Assembly (NCBI GenBank): GCA_021613535.1
Contig: CP075497.1
Coordinates: 10,230,001 to 10,294,000 of the forward strand
Direction: 5' to 3'
Source of the DNA: Adineta vaga
Lineage: Eukaryota > Animalia > Rotifera
Length of the DNA: 64,000 nt
Under the pieces are notes generated by a model. The model saw only the letters and a program-made list of their open reading frames with translations. It had not been told where the DNA came from and did no database searches. The first letter of the stretch is position 1; every line of letters begins with the position of its first letter. Shown piece after piece: positions 52,809-64,000 of the stretch. Both the position numbers and the translations under genes were made by a program.

Positions 52809-53227
52809 TTTTTATCATTTGTTTTTGATTGAGAAGAAGTTCTGTTCATTGGCAATACTTTATTCAAAAAATAAAATCGTAAAATATAAGACATTTTTTT
52901 TTCTTTCACTCGGATTAACCGTTTATTATAGGATGATTACTGCTTCAACTTTGTTGAATCGTTCATACATATGATGATATTTTAAGAAGTAGATCTCGTA
53001 GTTTTCGATGTTCGACGATCATTCATCTGCAAAGAAAATAGAAAGGAAATGTTAGAGAACGTAATTATGTTAAATGCATGAAGAATTAATCAGCAAATTT
53101 GATATCATTTGTGCATATATACAAAGGTGCATGTGTGGAATAGAAACAGAAGAATATGTGTTTAAATAGTGCAATTTTATGTGATGATAATGTAGTCGAA
53201 AAAAATTAGTGGATACATTAGTGCAAT

Positions 53228-55654
53228 TCAGTGTGTGGCCGAAGTGCGGTGTCTTCTAACCGGTCGTATGGGGGCGATACCAATAGTTGAATACGAATAT
53301 GTGTCATGTGTGGTAATAGCACCTGTTTTTATTTTATCAAATAAATGATTTAACTTTCGATTTAAATCTTCAATTTCTTTCTTCCTTGGATCAACATCTT
53401 CATGTATATCATTGATGGACACTTTGGGTTTAAGAATACGTCGTTCAATATTTTGTACTATATCTGGCCGACGTACCTTACGAAGTGCTCCAATTAGATC
53501 ATCAAGTACTGCACGTGTATGGAAACGTCGCCATTTGTTTAACGCATCTGCTGCTTGCGCCTATATCAGATAATTCATATAGATATAAATCATATCGAAA
53601 AATTCAAATCTATACACACATGATGGACATCTCCACGATGATATTTATCATCTATGTATTCAATATCTTTGGAAATTTCTTCTTGACCACGTGCTGGATA
53701 AAATGGTAATTGCCAATAAAGTCGAGTCCAAATGGGACCGATACTTTTTGCTGTAAGACGTATAGCTTTAGAAAGATCGTCTGAAATGCAAGGAATCGTA
53801 ATATTATCAGTTTAGTTCACGAAATAAGATTGAATAGTTCTTACCATTTTCACTTTCACCTGATCGTCTTGATCGAATTGGTAATGAATAAAATATTTTC
53901 TGTGGTAAATCATTTGTTGATCGACATCTATAAATATTTCGCAAAATATCTCGACAACTGACTACACGATTAAATTCATTTTCTCTTAAAATTTTCTCTT
54001 CCAGTGCAACTTGTGCTTCTTGAGAAAGTCGTTTATGTTCTGTGCGCATAGCTGCTAATTCTTCTCTACGTTGTTTAAAAAAAGCTATACGTCCTTTAAT
54101 AGTTTCCATTTGTGCTTTTAATTTTGGTAATTCTCGAGCAAATTGTTTGATTTCTTGTTGAAATCGTTCGATTGATAAACGATTATCTACCGCATCAGAT
54201 TCTTCAGCTGCTTGAAGCATTTTCTTCAATTGATCATCATATACTTCTGATGTTAAACGTTTCGATAAATAGTCTCGTTCCTTCGCATCTAAACGTTCTT
54301 CAAGTTCCTCAAGTTTTTCTGCATTAGCTTCATTTTCTTTTTCAGCTTTATTTAATTGCATTTGAAACGAATCAGCCTAGTTAAAAGAAAATAGAATATC
54401 AATTATGTTCGCTTCTTTCATTACTCGATGTTCAACATGACTAAGATGTGCTTTGGCAAATTCGAAATTTTTCTTTTCTTCAACAAATTTTTCATCCAAT
54501 ACTTTCAATGACCTAAAAATCGAAATGTATTCTATCAATTGATTCATTTCAGGAAATCTTTACGTTTGAATAAATGATGTATATTTTGAATCTTCATTTA
54601 ACCAAGTGCGAAGAGCTTGTACAGCTCGTCGAGCTTCAATATAACATTCAGGTAAGGTAAAAATGTATGAAAGTGATGTACAATCACAACGAACAGCTAA
54701 TTCTTGACATTCTTTGGATAAAGTTGACATAACAATACCACGAGTATCTTCCGAACGTTGTTGCATTTCTGATAAGATTTTCATCGACTTATTCACTTGA
54801 AATATATGTGTCCAACGTGATTTTTCATATGTATATGCTGTTTCAACATAATGATCCTAGTAAAGACAATATACATATGAAAAAAAAGAATCGCAAATAG
54901 AAATAGAAAGATTTCATTCATTCCAGAAAACAAACAATAGAATTATCATGCACATGCAAGATATACCTTTCTTCTGCATTATATTCGTTGAATATTCTAA
55001 AAAGAATTGTTATGTCATCTCAAAATAAAGGAATTTCTTCATTCAGATTTTTACATAATGACAGGAACTTTCTATTTCCTGAACGATAAGGAGATGTTTT
55101 ATTTGATAAATAGAGCATTTTAATAAGAAAATAGTACTCACAGGTGGTCGGTCATTTCTTCGTTTTTGAACAACTTCTTGAATATTTTCAATGTCATAAA
55201 AAGAAAGAAAATACTGTTCCATTAAATTCATACATTCAGCTATTTTATTTGCTAAAAGTGGCATTTTCGAATGAAGTTGATCATTTGTTTTATCCAGAAT
55301 ATTTTTCAATAAATTGATAGTTTCATCTGATATTGAATCACCAAAATTTCCTGTCCTGGCTTCAGTCAATAGATCTCGTGCTGTTTTACCATTTCGAATA
55401 TCACTTAATAAACGTGCGTTTCGTAATTGATTCAATGGTCCTGCCCATGCAATAAGTGTATTAACAGATTGTGGTCGTCTGGCTGTTTCAACTTTAGGTT
55501 TGATATTAACTGCAGCTGATGTCTCTTGATAATATTCATTTTCGATTTCATTAACATATGTTAAACATTCCTTAAGAGCAATGTCAAGAAATTTGTAGAT
55601 TTGATCGTAAGAAGATGGTTCATTTGTTTTAGACCAAACTTTTGGTGGTTGCAT
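53228..55654 (-). CDS. Coiled-coil protein with C-terminal death domain
   Basis: Heptad-rich exons, then KSIGPIWTRLYWQL..DIEYIDDKY..AQAADALNKWRRFHTRAVLDDLIGALRKVRRPDIVQNIE, a typical death-fold pattern. Confidence 0.75.
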
Positions 55655-56496
55655 TGAATTGACTTTTATTTTGGATACGATTATCCTTAAATAAAAGATG
55701 AAAAAGAAATGAAAAGTAATGAGAAAAGAATGTAGTGAGAAGTAGAAGAAAAAGAATTACAAAAGTTATTTTTTGTTTTAAATCGATCCTTGAGACGTGA
55801 GTTTCATCATAAGATATTTTTTACTTTTTTTCTCTTCTTCTTCTTTATTCTTCTTTACTTTTCTTTCTCTTCAGCGACAACAACAACAACACAATTACAA
55901 GATTTTTGTTTGGTATCGATGTTGTTGTTATCGTAAACGACACCGAAACTCTTTTAGTATGATGAGTGAAAAAGAATTAAAGAAACAAAAAAATCCTATC
56001 TAATCGAAATCAATGTGTAAAGCATTGACTATTCAACGAGAAGAAGAAAAGGAAGAAAAACGTTTTAACAGTCAGTGAGATCTCATTTTACAACAAAGCA
56101 GTTGAAATGGATAAAGAGATTGTTCTTTCTCTTCAGTAAACTATCGTTCTGTTAGATTTTTCTTTTCTTTTTTTTTTCAAATCATAAATTATGCTCGAGA
56201 GTCATTAAGTAGAGAAGAGAAGAGAAAAATGTAAAGCAACATTTAATGTTGGAGTCGTCACCATGTAAATCTCATTTTTTTTGCATTATTAAGTATTGAA
56301 ATTTAATCGACAAGCAACACTGTTCTTGGACTATTTTTATTAGATTTTTGTTTTCTTTTTATGAGAAAAGTAAAATTTTAATCTGTGCGTTTGAAATATG
56401 AAATAACGAAGTTAAACAGTTATTCGAAGAAACAAAACATGAAAACATAAATTCATCTTTACAAATGCGAACGGATTAAAGAAAAACAAGTTATAT

Positions 56497-59162
56497 TTAT
56501 AGAACACGAGCCCTTGTGTAGGTTGGTAATGTATGTTTAAAAAATCCCATTTCATTCAGAATGATTTTCAATAAAAATAAATGAAAAATAATGATTAAAA
56601 ATGCTAATACAATCCAGAAGAGTACCGGCAAACCACCAAGTTTATGGCCATGTCGATGAAGTGCAAGTACATCATGTGCATGAGGGGGAGCTAAATAAAA
56701 ACAAAGTGTTCAATAGATTTACAATTGATGTAAAAAAAAAGAAAGAAAGAAATGTATACCTATTTCGACTTCTTTTACATGTAATGTGTCTTTTAACTGT
56801 ACCATATATTCAAAATCTTCGGCAATGTAAAGAATTGCTGTTGGTGGACTTGTCATTTTTACAGGAAATCGAATTGGTTCACGGCTAGAAATTAAAGAAA
56901 AAAATAAAATAAACTACTTTTTTCTTGGTTTGTACCTCGATCAACTGTCAACTCGGTATTTCAGAGAAAGGAAAACCTCGACAAACCTTAGTTTTGTTGG
57001 TGGATCCAAACAGCCAGCATCACATGCATATGCTTGAGCATTGTCATTATCAATAGATACATCAATCACAGCACGATTATCGTGTGCAACTGTAATACTT
57101 ATATTCACATGATATTGTTTACCAAAATTAATAGAACGAAAAAACATATCACGATGAAGTTCTTTGGGATCTAAATACATTTCAAGATGATGTGTACGAA
57201 AACGTATACCACCAATAGAAAGTAACATTGATTGAAGAACACCATCAGCCCCTAGAAAAAAATGAATGCACTTCAGAAAATTCTAATCAATAAAAATCAT
57301 TCAGATAACATACCACTTCGCATCAATGTGAAACAACCTTTTCTAGATAATGTTGAACGCCATAAATGGGCTAACTGAGAAACAGCAAGATCATCACCAG
57401 GTGTGATCCATAATTTTTCACCGATTCTATTAACAAAAGAATCGTTTTTATTACTCCTTCAGAGTAGAAACTTACAATGTTGAATGACTCTCATAACATT
57501 GATCCATTTGAAAAAGACTTTGATTGAATTCATTTCTTTTGACTTCATCAATATTGAATTCATAAATCGGTGATGGTGTGGAACAAAGAACATAATAAAT
57601 CGTTCGATTGATAATATCACCATTCATTGCTGATGGTGCTAATGAACGACTGATTCGAAAACCACTTTGCCATATCGATGACCATGTATTAATATGTTCT
57701 TTTAATAGTCGAACTGTTGATATCGATAAAGCACTTGCCATATCTTCTTTAGCTTGTTTTTGTAATCTATTTTTCCATTCGTCAAAATAAGTTTCATTCA
57801 GAATTGAAGTTTTCGTAAGAGGTTGAGAGAATTTAACAACAGTTAAAATCGTTTGTTTTTCTAAGCTAGAAAAAAACCAAGATGAATGATATTCAATGAA
57901 ACTAATTGACATAATAAGTAGATTTTTATTCGAACATACCTACCGGATTTCACATGAGTATTAGAAATGACTTTGTTAGTTATGATAACATAAATAATAA
58001 GATTATTTTGTCGTGTGGATAATTGATTAGTTATCATTAGATAGATATCTTTCGATGAATCGAATTGAACATTTTGTTCATCCAATTGTTTTACATCGAT
58101 TTTCGATATTTGACTTTTTTGTTGTAATTCAAGATCAAATGTATGTTCACTGGGATTGATTATTTCAATTTCTTGAACAATCAATGATGGTCTTTGTCGA
58201 TGAACATATAATGTTTGTGTCACATGTGCAGAACGTTCTTGACTAAATTTAAAACATTGAATACGTCTTACAAGACCTTGTTTCATTTGTACTATTGTTA
58301 CACTGGAAGCTTCCCATGTATCAGACGAAATATGAACAATTGGAGAATAACCACTAGATATAAATGGGGAACGAATATCAGTTAAAAGTTGAATTTGAGA
58401 TTGACTTGACAAGGATAAACCAAGATAACCATTGCCTACATCGAAAATGAAATAAAACATAGTTCAATCTATCAATAAGATTTCGTCACTTACCTGTAAA
58501 TGGCAGACTAACAATTTCTCCATACTGAATTGGTTCATGATTGAAAATCGTACTCATTTCTTCATGATCACGTGAAAATTGTTCTAATCGATTTCGTAAA
58601 CATCGATCATAATTTACTAAGAAATACGAAAGAATAATTCATAAGTTCATTAATTATTTTTTCTTTTTATCAAAAACATACTATTTTTTTGTGTTACTTC
58701 ATGAGGCATCCATCTAGTAAGCAGATAGAAGATAATAATAGCACCAATAATGAGACAGAAGAACGGTCGACGAGATCTAAATAGAAATAAAAATTAGTTC
58801 AAAAATTAAAAAACAAACTTGACTAAATTAATTAGATTAAACAAAAGTTTTAGATATATTCTATGACAAACTAGAAAATCCTACTGTCGAATAATATAAT
58901 ATCTGCCTTTGATCGTTATACCAAAATGCATCTTTATCACAGAGAAAAGGAAAGAATTTCTATAACCTAAAGGGATCAAACCATCATTTCAATGCGAATC
59001 AACTTATCGAATTTGAGACTCACCTACCTTCGTTTCAAACGACGATATGTGTATGTAATACCATAACGACGATCAATATCTTTGAAGAGATTCTGCAGAA
59101 TTCGAATGGATAAAAATGTTCAATAAACTACAAATAAATCTTACTCTGAGATTTATAGTCAT
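56497..59162 (-). CDS. KIAA2013: KIAA2013 homolog (DUF2152 membrane protein)
   Basis: N-terminal TM; [91 protein letters not shown] plus C-terminal TM. Confidence 0.88.
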
Positions 59163-59681
59163 CACGTCTTGCTCATATAATAACCATAACCAACATTAAA
59201 TGAATGACGAGACGACGATCCATATCATCACTATTTTTTATTGGTTAACCAATTCTCAATCTTTCTATCTGTTCTTAGCGACATCATGTGAGAAATTTTT
59301 TTTGTTTTAAAATAATCTTTTTGAAATCTCAATCAATGAAATTTTTTGATTAAAAATTAGAAATGATAGTAAAAATCGAATAAACCTACCCAATGAAGTT
59401 CAATAGTAAGTTAAGTGCAACCACTCAAATGGTTGTCGTTCTCGTCACCGCGTCATCATCATCATCATCATCATTACCTTCGGTTCTCTTACCCGCTTTG
59501 TCTGATCCACTTCAATATTCATCTCATTCATCACCTTGTGTTCTTTTCCTTTTTTTTTATTTCACATTCTAACTGTTTTTTTTCTTTGACGTAAATCATT
59601 GTTGTTTTTTTATTTTTTTAAAATCTTCATCAACAATTACATCTCTTTTCTTCATTAGTTTTCTAGAAGTCAAAAAGAACA
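59163..59681. promoter_or_regulatory. Probable bidirectional promoter region between head-to-head KIAA2013 and CLINT1
   Basis: Start codons ~520 bp apart, with a locally C/CpG-richer core (cgtcaccgcgtcatc, 59443-59500). Confidence 0.5.
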
Positions 59682-62600
59682 ATGGATTTAAGTAAAATAA
59701 ATCTAAGCAGTTATATGCCAGCGATGCCTTATAAAGTTCGTGAATTATTTGATAAAGCAACCAATATTGTTATGAATTATACGGAAACGGAAGCCAAAAT
59801 CGTGGAAGCAACTAATGATGAATCTTGGGGACCACCTGGCAAATTACTGCAAGAACTCTCTCAATTATCGTATTCCTATGAGCATTACAATGAAGTACGA
59901 TAACATTTTATTCATATTGACTTGATTTGATTTTTATCTAATTATTACAGTTAATGGGAATGTTATGGAAACGTTGTTTTGGACAAGAAAAAAAGTTATG
60001 GCGACGAACATATAAAGTATGTATTTATATTATCTGTATCTCGTCAAAAAGATATCGAAAGTAAAGAAAAAAATTCTCATAGACATTGATATCGTATCGA
60101 TTTGAAATGATTTCTATTAGTTTCTTATCTCTTCTTGTTTACATTGAAACTGAAGATGAAACAGATTTTTTCTTTTCACTTCATTGCAATGATAAATAAA
60201 CTTTAAGAATCAAGTGAATAGATATACATATATACATGTATATATATATATATTTCTTTATATTTTAGTCGCTGCTTGTTTTAATTTATTTGATAAAAAA
60301 TGGAAGTGAAAAAGTTGTTACTTCAGCACGAGAACATCTTTATGATTTGAAAAGTTTGGAAAATTTTGCTTATCATGATGAACAAGGAAAAGATCAAGGC
60401 ATTAATGGTAAGCGATTATTTTTTATTGATTGAAATGTCTTTACGGAAGATGATTTATGTTTTCTAGTACGACATAAAGTAAAAGAAATAGTTGAATTCA
60501 TTCAAGACGATGATCGACTTCGAGATGAACGTAAAAAAGCCAAAACAAATCGAGATAAATATATTGGTGTCGGAAGTGATACATCAACGACTCGTTATAG
60601 TAAGTTTGCAGTTATGTTCTTATTTATTCGAGATTTTCTTTTCGAATTCTTTTGTAGATGATCGATGGAATGATTACGAGGAGTCTAATAGTGGTGTGGA
60701 AATAATACAGCAAAGAAGAAAGACTTTGTTGAATTAGATGGTCGATGGCGTTCAACAAATCCATCAATATTTGAAGAAGGCTTCAATAAAGCGGAAGATT
60801 TAGCAAATAAAATGAAAGAAATAGTCCTTGATCAACGACGACCATCAAATGATTATTCACCAGATATCAGGTGATTATTATGAATTTGCAAGGATGATAG
60901 TTTTCATGCGCGTCATCTGATAAAAGATTGATGAATGCATTATCTTATCCATTCATAATATACTGAGCAAATTTCATTTTCAATCACGATATATATTAAA
61001 TGCTTTTCTTTTCTAGTGATGATGAAAATCGATATTCGAAAAAGAATAGTGAATATCATGATTCAACATGGAATGAACAAAAAAAAGAGTATCGAAATAA
61101 AACAAAGGTAAATTGAAAAGAGATTGGATTGAAAAGATTATTTTGAACTATAGAAATTTTTCTATGATAATGAAAATGAAGCATGGATAACTCTTCATTT
61201 ATTAACTGTAAAAAAATTGTTCTTTTTTTTTTGTTAAAGTTTTTGCTAAGACTATTTTCTTTTTGTTGAATTTGAACTTAAAAGTTGATTATTTATAGGA
61301 AAATGATTTCGAAGTTACGAAACCTTCATCAACTACAATAACAAGTAAAACTCAAGCAACATCACAAAATCGCGTAAGTTGGATAATTATCTTCAATCTT
61401 GAGAACATTTGGAGATTTTGTGTAGACGATAAAATGTATGAGATAAGGCACTAAATAATATATCAAGGTAATTTGACAGTGATGATAATAAAAGTTGCTT
61501 TTTTTCTTCTTCTTTCGATACTGTATAAGCAACATCGAGAGTTTATAAGAGAGTTTAAGTTCTCAGAAGAATGAAGGTGAATTTTGTGAATGCTGTTCTG
61601 TTATTTTTTTTTCAGTAAGCAAATATAGTACTGTCTACTAATCAAGAATATGAATGAACGCATTGAAGCTTTCATAATTGCTAGAGGCATAGAAATCAAT
61701 CAGTCGAGTGGAAGAATTTGTTTACGGAAAAACTCTATAAACTCTTTAGAAAAAGTCTTTATCAATAATAGTCATTTAATCACCGGGATTTGATTTAGAC
61801 AATAGAATTGTTGATTTATTTATACAAACAAATAGAATGTAATTATTTTTTATAGACTTCAACGACTAAAAAACCGCAAATGGTTCTACCAACTCCAACT
61901 CCTGTGACAACTCAAGCACCTGTTGTTGATCTCTTAGGTGGTGATGATGATGGTTTTGCTCCATACGTTCAGGCATCCAATTCTCAATCACCACTTGATG
62001 ATGATTTTGGTCAATTTCATGAAGCAACAAACATTCCAACTAAACAAGTGACTTCACCTACTTCCACGTAAGTTTAGTTTCTACATTTGACGTTGTTATT
62101 GCACCTGAGAATTGTTTTTATTTAGATCACAACCTTCAATCTGGCCAACAGCAACAGCAACAACAACAACCAATACTTCATCAGTTCCATCATCTTCGAT
62201 GACATTCGATCCATTTGAAGCATTTCAACAAACATCAGCACCTTCAACTAATGTCTTACAACCAATGAATACATCATCCACAACAATTAATAACTCATCA
62301 TCAAATGACTTAGACTTCTTCATGACGTCAACTCAAACGACTCAACAACCATCAACCATGTTTTTTCCTACTCAACAGCAACAAACATTCGCACGTCCAC
62401 CAATGTTTTCACAACAACAGCAACAACAATCCATGGTATTTTCACCAGCACAACAACAATTTAATAGACCAAACAATAATTCATTCAATGTAAGTTTTCG
62501 TAATTAATGTAATGCATAGAGAAAACAAAGAATAAAGACAAATATTAATAAAAGTATTCGAAAATACTAATTCATTATAGGCCGTATTCCCGAATTCATC

Positions 62601-63067
62601 CCCTGCAGTAGGTCAACAACAAAATCCTTCTAATGCAGAGAAACAGGTATCATTTGCTGCTCTAACATTCTGCTGCTTCACTTAAAAAGGAATTTAATCA
62701 ATAATGGGATTTCATTTTTTCATTTATCTATATTTCATAGAGAAAATCTTCTATTATATCTTTTCTAGAATACTTGGACATCGACACAAGGTAAAATTGA
62801 CATATCCTTAAATAATCTTATTCCACATACTCGTGGTGATGCTCACAAATCTTCATTACCACTAAATCAACTCACTAGTCCAACTAGCCCCACAAACATG
62901 GATTTTCAGCACAAATGAATAATAATAATATTAATAATAATACTCAATCGATGTTTCCCAATTCAAGTAAGAAATAATTTCATTCAATTTAGATCTTAGA
63001 ATTGTTCTTTTGTTTTCTTATAGCACTTCCGACACATGGCATAGGCAATCGTCCAATATTGAAATAA
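59682..63067 (+). CDS. CLINT1: Clathrin interactor 1 / epsin-related protein (ENTH domain)
   Basis: KVRELFDKATNIVMNYTETEAKIVEATNDESWGP, WRRTYKSLLVLIYLIKNGSE, GKDQGINVRHK, DDDRLRDERKKAK; DLLGG and DDFGQF adaptor motifs; IDISLNNL near the C-terminus. Confidence 0.92.
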
Positions 63068-63639
63068 AACAACTCACATTATTTCTATAGTTATTTATCT
63101 GAACATGTGTTAAATATGTATGTTGTGCAGAGCTTGTGTATTTATTTTCAGCGAGAAGCTTCATTGACTTATTTATTCTTTATTTACAATTGTTAACAGA
63201 CAAATTAATCGTTGTGTAATTCCTAGAAAATTATTTAGTTGTTCAGCTAAATATCATCAATCTGCATTTTCTTCGTCCTCTTATTCCTTCTCTATATTTC
63301 GTCCAATTTTTTCTTTCTGTGCACACATTCTCTAAATATTTTCTTGTTCATTGAACAGTGGAATTCTTTTTTTTTGTTTGTTGGGTTTTCTTTGACTCTG
63401 TATGAAATTACTACTATTTCTTTCTGTTTTCTTTCTTCTTACATAAAAAACAATTTATGTTACTAATTTAATGCAACAACTATGTTTCACAATGCTCGAT
63501 TGTTAAGTAGAATCAATACTAATCTGTTTTTATTATAAACAAAGAAAGAAAAAACATCCAACAAAACACGTATCAATGTATATGTTTGCAAACATAACTA
63601 TTCATAGAGATAATCTGATAAAAAAAATTTCGATCTTTT

Positions 63640-63810
63640 CCGATGTGGCCAGCAGCATCATAATCAGCATGTTCACGACAAATAGAAGCAATAAAACGAC
63701 TAAAATTATGATCCTGCTTAAGAAAGCATGCAGTCGTAGCGTCATCAGGAACAGCAGGAGGACAAGGAGTATTTATAAGAAGAGAAATAGCAGAGGCAAT
63801 AATGTGCATA
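63640..63810 (-). pseudogene. Coding-like fragment of unknown family abutting a TE end
   Basis: Complex peptide HIIASAISLLINTPCPPAVPDDATTACFLKQDHNFSRFIASICREHADYDAAGHIG with no evident donor or continuation. Confidence 0.35.
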
Positions 63811-63812
63811 AC

Positions 63813-64000
63813 CAATGATTTATCCAGCGGGGGCGCACGAGGACATTTGCCCTCTCGGAGCTCGTGTTTGCCCCCCTCCCCCCCTTCCCGGACCAAAAAA
63901 TCTGTTGAAATTTAAAAAAGTGTATTATTTTTTCTAAAAACTATCTTTGTGAAAGATTTTCGAGAAATTTGTTGCTTAATAGCATACTTCTGAGGCAAAA
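63813..64000. mobile_element. Probable end of a non-autonomous DNA transposon (hAT/MITE-like), running off the window
   Basis: Abrupt GC-rich block caatgatttatccagcgggggcgcacgaggacatttgccc...tttgcccccctccccccc, resembling the CAG...TCCAG-G-run/GCCCCC termini of non-autonomous DNA elements; other end not visible. Confidence 0.5.

Larger units (their letters stand above)
51837..52815 (+). repeat. Tandem 5S rDNA array, units of 421 and 432 bp
   Basis: The ~300-bp spacer is repeated between copies 1-2 and 2-3. Confidence 0.92.

Noticed and set aside
51837-52815. Repeat-spacer pattern as a CRISPR-like array
   Set aside because: The repeats are 119-nt 5S genes and the spacers are copies of each other; eukaryotic context, no cas genes.
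52548-52909. ORFs 52548-52805 (+) and 52649-52909 (-)
   Set aside because: They are translations of the 5S rRNA gene and spacer.

Overview
AT-rich, gene-dense eukaryotic (metazoan) DNA with many ~50-70 nt GT-AG introns. The style is most consistent with a bdelloid rotifer; this is inference, not proven. About 20 protein-coding genes are visible: ClC-3/4/5 antiporter (5' truncated), COX17, an EF-hand protein, an atypical RhoU/V-like GTPase, TRAF4-like, TTF2/lodestar-like SNF2 ATPase, a KASH5/LRMP-like coiled-coil protein, an SLC6 transporter, eIF4G, a minimal VAMP, a PTB protein, RBM26/27, a tetraspanin, a death-domain coiled-coil protein, KIAA2013, CLINT1 and several orphans. There is also a 3-copy 5S rRNA array, pseudogene relics and probable DNA-transposon remnants. 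Most interesting: (1) a KASH5-type nuclear-envelope dynein adaptor (EF-hand pair, coiled coil, Spindly motif GQSLFAEI, TM, non-canonical KASH tail); (2) an SLC6 whose Na1 and Cl- sites are systematically remodelled; (3) a Rho GTPase with natural G12C/A59G/Q61K-type substitutions; (4) a TTF2-like ATPase starting with a PIP box. Gene models were spliced by eye and boundaries are approximate. No CRISPR or prokaryotic system is present.
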